Shown piece by piece: positions 1 through 11,323 of a stretch of DNA of 64,000 nucleotides. Source of the stretch: Fistulifera solaris (taxonomy: Eukaryota); the NCBI GenBank assembly GCA_030295235.1, contig AP026169.1, positions 806,001-870,000 on the forward strand, given 5' to 3'. The number at the start of each line of letters is the position of its first letter. Position 1 is the stretch's first letter. Below the pieces are notes generated by a model. The model ran no database searches and was not told the origin of the DNA. It saw nothing but the letters and a program-made list of their open reading frames with translations. A program made the translations under genes and the position numbers.

Positions 1-2
1 CA

Positions 3-212
3 TCCTCATCTTCGAATCAACCGTCGTATACAGCCCCGGAATCGAATCGATCAACGTCGGCGTCCACACCGGCTTCGCCGCCTGGTAGCTACGACTACGT
101 CCCCCCACATCGACGCTCACAAGCTTCTTCCGCACAGGAAGATAAGCGGCGACTGCGTGAAATTAAAGTGGATGAGGAATTTGAAAAGCTCAAGCGTGAT
201 TTGGGGTTATAA
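3..212 (+). CDS. 3' end of an upstream gene (partial), low-complexity tail ending ...EIKVDEEFEKLKRDLGL*
   Basis: Open frame from the window edge to TAA at 210-212. The VDEEFEKLKRDLGL terminal helix resembles tails of some DnaJ/PspA-type proteins, but identity is not determinable from this fragment. Confidence 0.6.
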   Translation, partial: SSSSNQPSYTAPESNRSTSASTPASPPGSYDYVPPHRRSQASSAQEDKRRLREIKVDEEFEKLKRDLGL

Positions 213-356
213 GATCAAGCACCGTAATGCATCTCATAAGTCTCATAATTGAGACTAACGTGAATAATCCGTAATAGAAGTTTCAGGTGAAGCAGAGTTT
301 CTGGGCATGCTACAGTTCCAAGATTCGTTGTTAAATTAAGTAAATGAATTAATTAT

Positions 357-1630
<1,274 letters not shown>

Positions 1631-2495
1631 CTTGGTATTTTTCAATGAAAAGATTAGTCGAACAAGGTCGTTGAATTGTGAAACAGTTCCGAAAAGATCG
1701 TCGTCTTGTTCGGGCGATGGCGTGTGAGTGGTGGCATGGTGGTACGTCAGTGTCAGTTTTCACGCAGCCGCGCTGAAGGCGCGCAATTATTTACTCTCAA
1801 ACAAAATGTACAATAGCGCGATGATGCGCATACGTATGATGAGAGGACCCAAGGAGAGCATCGCGCGCTTTCGTCCGCATTTTTACGAAAGACAGATGGA
1901 CCGATAAGAATACTTAGATGAGTTGTGTCTTACAGGTGTAAAAATCCACCAATCATATCGTAGTTATAACTTTTCAAAGCTACGTGTCTCGAAATGAGAC
2001 AAAAGTCCACATAAAGATAGAGTGCATCCGTGGTCCGTGGCCTACGCTCGCGTCGGCGTGCGGCGCACACATGTCACCGCAACGGCAGAGCTGACTCAGT
2101 TAGAGTAGAAGTTAAAACAGATACAACAACAGCAACAACAAGAATACTCCGTATTTGCTAGAGTGAGATGGATGCGCACTTGTAGCAGCAATCATGGTAA
2201 TCAGAGAGACTGAGCTTCACCGCTTTAGCAACCACTCCAGGGTGACTCCTCGATTCACCACCATTGAAAGCGATACGTACAGCCACATTTGTGGATAAAG
2301 AGCGAACCAGTAAATCGATTAGAAAGGCCTGATTAGGTGATTCATGAATGCAGGTCGGAAAAATTTGTAAATAATTACAGGAATGCAATAGGTATAAACA
2401 AAATCTAGTTTTTCTATAATTTGTAAACTGGTGACTGACCGCCGTCCGGGACAGCTAACGATAAAGCAACACCATTATGAGATGCTGTACGTCAA

Positions 2496-4005
2496 TCACA
2501 GCGCCTTTATGATTTTTTTCGTTGTTTTACTTGAGCGCTTACGAGAGCGAGCCTTTGAAGATGCCGGAGGTCCATCCGACGATGACGCTGATATCACTGG
2601 ATACATTCGAGGCGGGGGTGGCATGGTAACGTTCGTATTTGCCACGGTATTTGACATGAAATAGGAAGAAGGCGTTGGGTTTGGTTGCTGGGAAATATCA
2701 AACATCGAGCTGCCTTGCTGCTGTTGTATGTGTGTTGGCTGAGTGTTTAGGGCAAATTGCATTTGATTCTGCTGCATTTGCTGAAGTTGTTGTAGCTGTA
2801 GCGCATTCATTGATGAATTCATCGACGAATTGTTGGCGCTATTCATCATCATCAGATTCAGAGACTGCCCATAAAGCGTTGCATTGATCGGCAGACTCCC
2901 ATGATTCAAAATTGCTGTGCTATCACCTGAGAAATTCGGCCCTTGAAGCATATTTCTCCTTTGGGAGTTAAGAGGGTGATTCATTGCTCCGTGAACAGGC
3001 TGCAGTTGCAACGGGCGAGAAAGCGGTAGGCCTATTGGAAAACTACTTGATTGAAGCGTATTCTCTGTCCCTTGCTGTTGGTTAGTGGAAGAAGGTTGAC
3101 TAGCGGCCGACCCGGAAGGTTGTTGTTGTGTAAAACTCAGCCGAGATGACGACTGAAGCGATGATTCGGACACAGAATTAACTGGCATCGGCACGACAGT
3201 GTTCTCAAGTAGCCTTTGAACTGTTTGCAATGACTCCGAAGAGGCGAGGGAAGCAGTTGAGTTTCGCTTCAAAGCGTTTTCAGCAGAACTAAGAGACGAG
3301 ATTGAGGATCTGGTGGTTATCATTGAATTTCGTTTTGCTTTTCCTTCATGGTATTGTTGCGTAATTGCTTTGGCGATTATTTTCAGCCGTGATTTGAGGG
3401 ACTTTCGATCAAGGTAAGCTTCTAGTGAAGGAGCACTTCGATACAAACGTTCTTCGAGTTTTTGTACTTTGTGAGGCAATTGCTGAAACCACGCCTCAGA
3501 AGGTGGTGAAGATTTGCGCATTTGTAGCAATTTAGCTCTGCAAAGTAAGGAAAGAAACATAATTTTGAGCTGCCGTGCACCCTCATGTATATTCACCAAT
3601 GCAGAGCTGCGCTTACATTTCCATTTGCATCGCTTTGCGATGAAGTCTATCGGCCGCTTCACTGTGCCAACGCGGCGGCGGAAGCGAGCGATCTGCGTGT
3701 TCGATTTTGAGACTTTGTCGCTTCTTTTTCGGTTTCATTGAGTCAACATCGGCCGGTTTCTCATCCTCTGCTGCGCGTTGTGATGATTTGATTTCAGCGG
3801 ATTCTAACAGATCCTCCATGCTAACTCCGTCGAATAACAGAGCGTCATAATCGATACGCATATCACTCAAGCCTCCATCGTTAACTTCCTCTGCATCGTC
3901 ATTGAAAACATCAAATAAGCCAACATCCATGGGGACTGCTACTTCTCGTGATTCACCGGTTGCATTCTTTGTTTCCTCGTTCAGCTCGTCCGAATCGATT
4001 GTCAT
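2496..4005 (-). CDS. KIX-like (Med15/CBP-type) domain protein with Q/S/N-rich tail; probable transcriptional coactivator
   Basis: A GTAAG...CAG intron at 3616-3538 joins the two ORFs into WHSEAADRLHRKAMQMEIAKLLQMRK...WFQQLPHKVQKLEERLYRSAPSLEAYLD, a KIX_2-like helical motif, followed by a Q-rich region. Confidence 0.75.
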
Positions 4006-4768
4006 TATCGAAACACATTTCAGTCCTCTCAGTTGATGGTTCACGAAACCGTGAAATCCGATGGAGAGAACTACTGTCTTGCTTGTCGGAAAGCAATTAG
4101 TAATCTCTGTTATCGATTGCTGTTGTTGTTATCATTGATGCTTTGCAAAGACTGTTTCGACATCGACAAGAAAAGAAAGTGTAGAACCGATCTTCCATCG
4201 AAAACTGCTCAGAGAACGGGTACATAGTGGGGCTGGAATAGACCTCCGAACTTCAAAGGCCCAGAAGTACAGTAACTCTGATAGCAGCAATGAAAATGAA
4301 TGAGAGGTGACATCGTTGTGCTTGAGCTCGACTGTGATTGGCCAGCTATCTACACTAAATATGAAAGCACTGCCCAAATGACTGCTTGCGGATACCGGTC
4401 AAAGAGACACAATAATCTCAAAGTAGTTGAAATGGTCACAGTCTAGTCAGTTAATCACCCTAGTCGCTGCTGTATCTGTTCAATTGGAACAGAAGAAATA
4501 ACTAGCTTGCTTGATAGCTAGTGAGACCTTCAACTACAACAATACCTGGCACAGTGCGAGCTACTTATCGGCTATCATTATTTGGCATAAGTATAGATAA
4601 CATTCCATTTACGCATCACATGCATCGCATTTGAGCCGATGAACAAAAAAAAGCGAAAAGTACGTGCAATACCATTCATTTAAAAGGCGTTTGTGACTTG
4701 AGCTTCAATTTAAGGAAACTATGAATGTTTTGAAGTGGACAGATACAATCAGTTTCAAGGACGCAAGT

Positions 4769-6737
4769 TCATGTTAAACTCGGTAAATCATCATCGTCAG
4801 ATTCTCCCAAAACTGTTTCTGGAGCAATCTTGCAATCGCTTGCATCGTACTTGACTTCTGGCGCGCGAACAGGGCCCCTGGATGCACGGGACTGAAGACG
4901 TGGACTATCAGTTGTGCCGGGGTCTTCGGCCTCATAAGACCACGCACCTAGCGAGAGTTCGTCTTTAGAATCCTCATTCACCTTGCATCTAACATTGGCT
5001 TGACTAGCGCTCACGGTCGAAACTGTGTCAGGAGCCGATCGAACTGAGTCATCGTTCTGTCTAGTGTCTGGTTTTAGTCCTGCGTATTTCAGTCCCAGAT
5101 GATTGGGACACGCAAGACTAGGTATATTTTGTAGGGATAGGACGCTCAAATTATCGTCACTTTTGCTTTCCCCTTTGACCGGCTCCAACGGCGTATTCGG
5201 TGCAGAGTCTACTCGGATGTGTTTTTCGCATTCTTCGAAAGGCCCTTTCAGCTGAACGGAAGTTGCATCAGGCGCAAGCCAAACTGGCATTTCTCCTTTA
5301 TCTGCGGCATTGATACAGGAGCCGAGTTCTCGAGAAGACGCATCGGGCGCTAGCCATATCGGCTTTTGGTCCTTCCCATTCGTTTTCGTCGGGACCCAAA
5401 TTGGTAACTGGGCGGCATTATTGTATGAATAGAAACTGGTTCCTTCCGAATCATGACTAGAAGGCACGGGCGCAAGCCAAACTCGTCCACCGCCAGTGCT
5501 CTCATCTGAAGCGGAATTGTTGTCCTCCAGAAGCACCTTCTGCAAAATGCTGGGACCTCGTCTTCTTCTGCGTCGGGTATAGTATGCAACACCACAAATA
5601 AGGAATCCCACTACAATCGCAAGCAAGAGGAAGCTTCGAGTAGAGCTTAGAAAGGTTGACGATCTTGGTACTTGACAGCCAAGTAGCTTCATGCACTGGC
5701 TACAAATTTTGCAGTTACGAGGACATGCCACTGCGTCATCGCAGCTAAGGCTTCCCAGTTCCATCATTTCTTTTGCAAAGATGCATTCACAAGTAGATGG
5801 ATCGCCATCTTTGGCGCAAGTGAGCGACAAATCCCACATCCACAAATTTTCATACGTGTCGCATTTGGTAACATCGAAATCTCCATATGGGTCGAAGCTG
5901 GCTTGACCTTGGTTTTGACCGCCATTGTTTCCGCTATTCTTTCCATCTTGACCATTGTTATTCTGATTATTTCCGTTGCCATTGTTGTTCGCATTGTTAC
6001 CTCCGTTGCCGTTGTTGTTCGCATTGTTACCTCCGTTGCCGTTGTTATTCTGATTATTTCCGTTGCCGTTGTTGTTCGCATTGTTACCTCCGTTGCCGTT
6101 GTAGTTCGCATTGTTGTTGCCGCTGCCGCTGTTATTCGCATTATTGCCTCCGTTGCCGTTGTTGTTCGCATTGTTGCCGCCGTTGCCGTTATTTTCGTTA
6201 GTTCCGTTTCCTTCGCTTTCGACAGTGTCGTTAACATTTTCGAAGTCACCGTTGCTCACAACTTTATCACTATCGTTATTAGATAATCCGTAGTCACTCC
6301 CGCCGTCATGTGTGTTCCCACTGTTTTCATAAGAGCCGCTAGCCGTCGAGTTTCCTTTGCCTGCATGGTGTGTATATTGACATTTTGGGGCTCTGCCGGA
6401 AAGTTTCCATGATGACTTAAGTTCAGAATCGCTCAGAGCGAGACACCCGAGATATCCCGAATGACTTGTGCTATGGCCATGCCCACTGGGACCTGTCGAT
6501 ACGATATAGTTAAAAATCTTTTTGACGCAGTTGTTCGCGACGAATTCGGGTGTACTTACGTTTGGGAAGACGCCGTCGGTTGAAAACTTCCGAAGTCCTT
6601 TTCGCACCTCTCAATTGAACGGAACCTTCATTTTCTGAAAGTAACGCGCGTGCGAACGCTCCATTGGTCACAAGTAAGGCGGATAAAAGCAAGATAGTTT
6701 GGTTGAGTACACGCCGCGTTATCATTGTTTTTGTCAT
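4769..6737 (-). CDS. Single-pass membrane protein: signal peptide, RXL site, Asn/Gly repeat, Cys-rich domain, TM, cytosolic tail
   Basis: Exon 1 (6737-6560) has a hydrophobic signal and RRL. Intron at 6559-6493 (GTAAG...CAG). Then NNNGNGGNNA repeats, a Cys-rich domain (CDTYENLWMWDLSLTC...CPRNCKICSQC), TM FLLLAIVVGFLICGVAYY and stop-transfer RRRRRR. Confidence 0.8.
5951..6200. repeat. Coding tandem repeat (~24-30 bp units) encoding NNNGNGGNNA / NNNGNGNNQ
   Basis: Repeated ccgttgccgttgttgttcgcattgttacct-like units visible directly. Confidence 0.9.
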
Positions 6738-7184
6738 CTAGTGTGATGTTTCTTGTTTTCTTTGTTAAAATTGTTAGAGAGAAATAGACCGAGGTCGTGC
6801 AAATGTGTGTGTTTGCACTTCAACGCCCACCCCGATTGTGTGCACCGTGCGTTGATCGCACGCCGGTCATTTGCTTAACTAACAACGGCTGTATGTATTT
6901 TAACGTTTAACGAGAATATCCCTTCAATCTATGTCGTCCTTTATGTATCCTTATTTTGAACGGTCGCGCCAAGTTCAAAATGTGCCGAAATAATGGACTA
7001 TAGAATGAAATGTACCGGATGGCGCAGCAGTGTTTTTCTTCATCATTGTTTCAAAGTTATAACGGATTCTGCGCGCACTTGAAGTCCAAACGGGTCAAGC
7101 TATTTTTCGATACAAAACTGCAAAGGCGCACCTATCCTTACTGAACGCGGACCTAAACACTTGAATTTAGAGCAATGCTTTGAA

Positions 7185-8025
7185 TTACCATTTTAAAGGA
7201 AATGCCCCCTCACCGTAGTTTCCGTGCAAGAAACAGCCCGAACTGCTCGAGCTAATAGCTTCTATTGCTTCTAAGACACCTTTCGCACTGACATCAGCAT
7301 CCCTTTGGCCGGTAACGCTCTCCTTTGTGCCACCAAACCCTGTATAGACATATCCAGGATGAATCATGCCGACCGCGACCCCATCCGATAGGAGGTCTAC
7401 AGCTAACCCCTTCCCAACCATATTGACAGCTGCCTTAGACGCACGATAAGCATAGTGACCACCCGAACAATTATTGGAGATCGAACCCATTGCAGATGAG
7501 ATAAGGGCGACTTTTGCATCCGGAGCGGCGGCACGTAGATTAGGCAAGAGAGCTTGCGTGAAGAAAGAGTGGTGCTGCCGCGTTGAGCTCGAAAGCATAT
7601 TGGAATCGATCCGGGTGATGTTTTGGATATTCTGTGACTGATTTCGATCGTGTATACTATCATAATCTTCTGGAGGACCGTACGCCCCGGCATTATGAAG
7701 AAGCAAGTGAAGCTGTACCGGAGTTGTCGAGTCCGTTTTAAAATGCCTTTTCAAAGCCAAAGCAGTAGCTGCATGCTTCATTATGTCAATATTTTCCAGT
7801 ATCTCTAGTTTATTGCTGTTTTGGGCCAGCTCGGCCAGATCGGGGGCCTACCTTTCGACAAATGGCATACACACGCTGATATGTTGGTTTTTCCACAAGT
7901 TGCTTGCAGAATTCCAGACCCAAACCACGATTTGCTCCAGTGATAATAACGTTCCTGGCGGTTCCTTTCTCTGTGAAACTAAGCGTAAGTTTTATCGATA
8001 CTAATAACAGAGCAACGAGCAACAT
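7185..8025 (-). CDS. Short-chain dehydrogenase/reductase (CsgA/C-factor-like), copy A with N-terminal signal peptide; frameshifted in this sequence
   Basis: IITGANRGLG, HNAG, YAYRASKAAVN and HPGYV motifs. One indel near 7845 and a compensating pair near 7612 and 7560. Confidence 0.8.
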
Positions 8026-8279
8026 GTTGACGCTTTGAATCACACCTCTTCTGTTGAATCAATCATACTTTGCCGTCAATAATTACTCGGCGCTTTCCTC
8101 GCACGTACAACGTGCGAACGGGCATCATCCCTCGTTATAGAGTTGAAGATAAGCCACCAAACCCAACAGCTCTATCTGATTCTTATTAGGTACTCCGTAT
8201 CTCTAGTATCCATTATTCCATTTAATTCTTTCTCAACTTGGCCAGCTCTGTCGTATCTGTGTAAAATCATCATCAGTAT

Positions 8280-9055
8280 TTACCATTCCATAAGTTTGAC
8301 TCCTTCACCGTAGTTTCCATGAAGAAAGCATCCCGTATTGTTTAAGTTGATACAATCAACGGCATCTAGAACTCCCTTAGCACTCTCGTCTACATCTCTC
8401 TGTCCCTCTATGCGTTCTTTGATGTTTCCGAAACCAGTGAATACAAATCCAGGATGAATGAGGCCGACGGCAATCTGATCTTTGCTCAGATCCACCGCCA
8501 AACCTTTTCCAACCATATTGACGGCTGCCTTCGAAGCCCTATACGCATAGTGTTCACCCGACGTATTATTGGATATCGAACCCATGGCGGAAGAAATAAT
8601 AGCCACTTTTGCTTCCGGGGCCGCAGCACGTAAATTGGACAACAATGCTTGCGTGATAAAGAGAGGGGCTGCCGTGTTTAGCTCAAAGGCAAATCGGATT
8701 CGCTCCGGCGTAATCGTTGCAATTCCTTGAGAATGACGCTCTTCGTTGAAACTAGAGAATCCCTCCGACGGTCCGTACGCACCGGCATTGTGTATCAACA
8801 AGTGAATAGGGATCGGCTCTAGTTGAGTCGATTGAAAATAGTCAGTCAAACGAGTAGCCGTATCGGCGTGATCCATCACTTGGATATTATCGATAATTTG
8901 CAGCTTCTCATCCTTTTCCAATGCTTTCAAATCCGGACTTGTGCTGCGGCAGATCGCGAAGACACGTTGATACTCTTTCTTTCCAAAAGCTGCTTGCAAA
9001 TCTCCAATCCCAAGCCGCGATTGGCACCGGTAACGACGGCGTTTTTGAGAGTCAT
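8280..9055 (-). CDS. Short-chain dehydrogenase/reductase (CsgA/C-factor-like), copy B, no targeting peptide
   Basis: ATG at 9055 gives MTLKNAVVTGANRGLGLEICKQLL. A 1-nt loss in an A run near 8980 joins it to the frame with HNAG, YAYRASKAAVN and HPGFV. Confidence 0.88.
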
Positions 9056-9474
9056 GATGATTGAGATCTTTTTCGGATATAAAACAAGTTAATGTTTCAA
9101 GAATTAGAGTTATGAGACAGACCGATGAAGTGTTTATTGTATACAAGGCATATACTGGTAACTTAGAAAAATACAACGACCAGCGCTGCGAATTCCACCG
9201 AATTCTAAGGAATTCGTTGTGTTGGTTTGCGCGATTCTCGCGTCGCACAATAAGGATGGAGATGACGAATGACGAATGACGAATGACAGAAACGCAATCG
9301 TGGTAAAGTTGATACAACACTTTGGGACGATTAGACATTGCAAGTTTCTGGAGATTATAACATTGCAATGACTACAAAAATAACTTACAATGTTCCATAG
9401 CTGTCTTTCTCAAGAAAGAATGGCAAGAAAAACAAAACTGTAAATAATTTTGTTACGAGACTAAATATCACTTT

Positions 9475-10974
9475 TTACTCTTTTTTTCTCTTCGACTTGG
9501 TACCACGTCGAGAATTAGGCGCTCGATTCGCCGCATTTACCTGTAAAGGCGGTACTACTGGGCGCGGCGCTACGGGTGCCGCTAACACCGTTTGCTTTTC
9601 TTGAGCACGTTGATCACGCTCTGCTCGAAGAGAATCTAGGCGAGCTTGAAGCATGGCTCCTTCATTCACCTTGGAGCTTCCACCGGCTGCTCCAATACCT
9701 AAAAGACCATCAACAAAGCCATCCGGTTCAAACTGCATACACGCGCGAACAACCAAAGAACGTATGTGTATATGAGAAATACACAATGCACAATGGTTTA
9801 TGCCCTTCCAACAAAAGAAACTTACATCACGAAGATCCTCCATCCCTTCTCCGACTCCAATTAGTTTTACCGGAAGTTGCAAATCTCGAGAGACCGCCAC
9901 TACACTACCACCACGTGCACTTCCATCCAACTTGGTCAATATCAATCCCGTCAATCCAATTTCTTTGTTCCATACTTGCGCCGAGTCCAACGCCATGCGT
10001 CCTTGTGCGGCATCTATCACTAACAATGTTTCGTGCGGGACATTCATGTTCGGAACAAGATTTCCATCTTCATTGGTTTCTTGCGAAAGTCGTTTCTGTA
10101 TGACACGCTTCATTTTCACCAACTCTTGCGTAAGCGCCTCATTATTACTTAAACGTCCAGACGTATCCACCAACAGTGTATCGTACTTTTCCAGAACCGC
10201 CTTATCGAGTGCCGAGTAGAGAACAGCGGCCGGTGACTTGACCGTATCGGTGGGTCCTACGATATCGACTTGCGCCCGATCAGCCCATTGCTGCAACTGC
10301 GCCACCGCTCCGGCACGGAATGTATCACATGCAGCCACCAAAACAGTTTGATTGCCTTCGATTCGCAAACGATGAGCTAGTTTGCCTATTGTAGTTGTCT
10401 TTCCCATTCCGTTTGCACCCAGTATGAAAAGAACCGTAGGCAGATTAGGATCTTGACTAAATTGGATCATTCTGGATTGTTCCGTTTCGAGCGCCTCTAA
10501 TATTTTTCCGCGCATGATGGACATGAGATCCTCTCGCGACAAACGCTGACGTGAACTTTCGCGGAGACTTTGTACTTCTTGTACAATGTCTTCGGCCGTC
10601 GCAATACCCAAATCAGCTTGTAGTAATATGTCTTCTAACTCTTGCATCATTTCTTCTGGATCGATTCCGGTGAATAAGAACTCCAATCGATCGAGAAATC
10701 GGTTGCGACTTTTCGAGAGACCTTCCGCAAATGCCTTGTTGCGTTCGTTCGTGTAAGACGCTACATCCGCTAATCCTTTACCGAGTTGCCCCTGACTTGC
10801 TGATTTCGCTAAATTGTTGAGTTGATCAATTCCTTCTTTCGTGCGGTCCTTGAAAAAGTCAAACACCATATTCAATTGCGTCTTACTTGATGACGGTGTC
10901 ACGACGACAAAGGCAAACGCCGTTTGCTGCAGAAGAATAGCGAGCAGCCAGCTGTAAAGTCTTTGCCCTTTCAT
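9475..10974 (-). CDS. ftsY: Plastid SRP receptor FtsY
   Basis: Bipartite presequence (TAFA-FV). Motifs GANGMGKTTT, DTFRAGA, DTSGR, TKLDGSARGG and GVGEGMEDL. A 93-nt GTAAG...CAG intron lies at 9825-9733. Confidence 0.95.
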   Translation of the reverse strand: MKGQRLYSWLLAILLQQTAFAFVVVTPSSSKTQLNMVFDFFKDRTKEGIDQLNNLAKSASQGQLGKGLADVASYTNERNKAFAEGLSKSRNRFLDRLEFLFTGIDPEEMMQELEDILLQADLGIATAEDIVQEVQSLRESSRQRLSREDLMSIMRGKILEALETEQSRMIQFSQDPNLPTVLFILGANGMGKTTTIGKLAHRLRIEGNQTVLVAACDTFRAGAVAQLQQWADRAQVDIVGPTDTVKSPAAVLYSALDKAVLEKYDTLLVDTSGRLSNNEALTQELVKMKRVIQKRLSQETNEDGNLVPNMNVPHETLLVIDAAQGRMALDSAQVWNKEIGLTGLILTKLDGSARGGSVVAVSRDLQLPVKLIGVGEGMEDLRDVSFFCWKGINHCALCISHIHIRSLVVRACMQFEPDGFVDGLLGIGAAGGSSKVNEGAMLQARLDSLRAERDQRAQEKQTVLAAPVAPRPVVPPLQVNAANRAPNSRRGTKSKRKKE

Positions 10975-11323
10975 GAAATGATGAGTCTAGGAATTTTAAA
11001 AGGCAATTTAAAGTGAATAAATAAAGATTAATGGAGAGAAAGAGGGAGAAGGAAAAAAGCGTCAACAACACAACATTTTGTGATGATGTGTTCAGTCAGC
11101 GTCCGTCCCTACGTCCGTACGCAGCTTTGAGATAAGGTCACTCTCTAGGTAGAGAGAGAGAGAACAGAACACCTTCGTTATCCTTGTGATGACCGGTAAA
11201 CAGGCAAGGTCTACCTAGAAAAAAGAAAAGACACTTAAAGAAAGATACATATTTGTTTACCTACCAGTACTGCTTGAATTTGTTATTATTCGCTACATTT
11301 CTTGCTTTCTAGATCACAAGGGT

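Noticed and set aside
5764..6293. Alternative-frame ORFs (TTTATE, CRCCSH, VVVRIV repeats)
   Set aside because: Other frames of the Asn/Gly coding repeat. It is not a CRISPR array either, since there are no unique spacers.
8280..9368. N-terminal ~125 aa of the 362-aa SDR ORF
   Set aside because: Upstream non-coding read-through. The true Rossmann N-terminus is in another frame starting at 9055.
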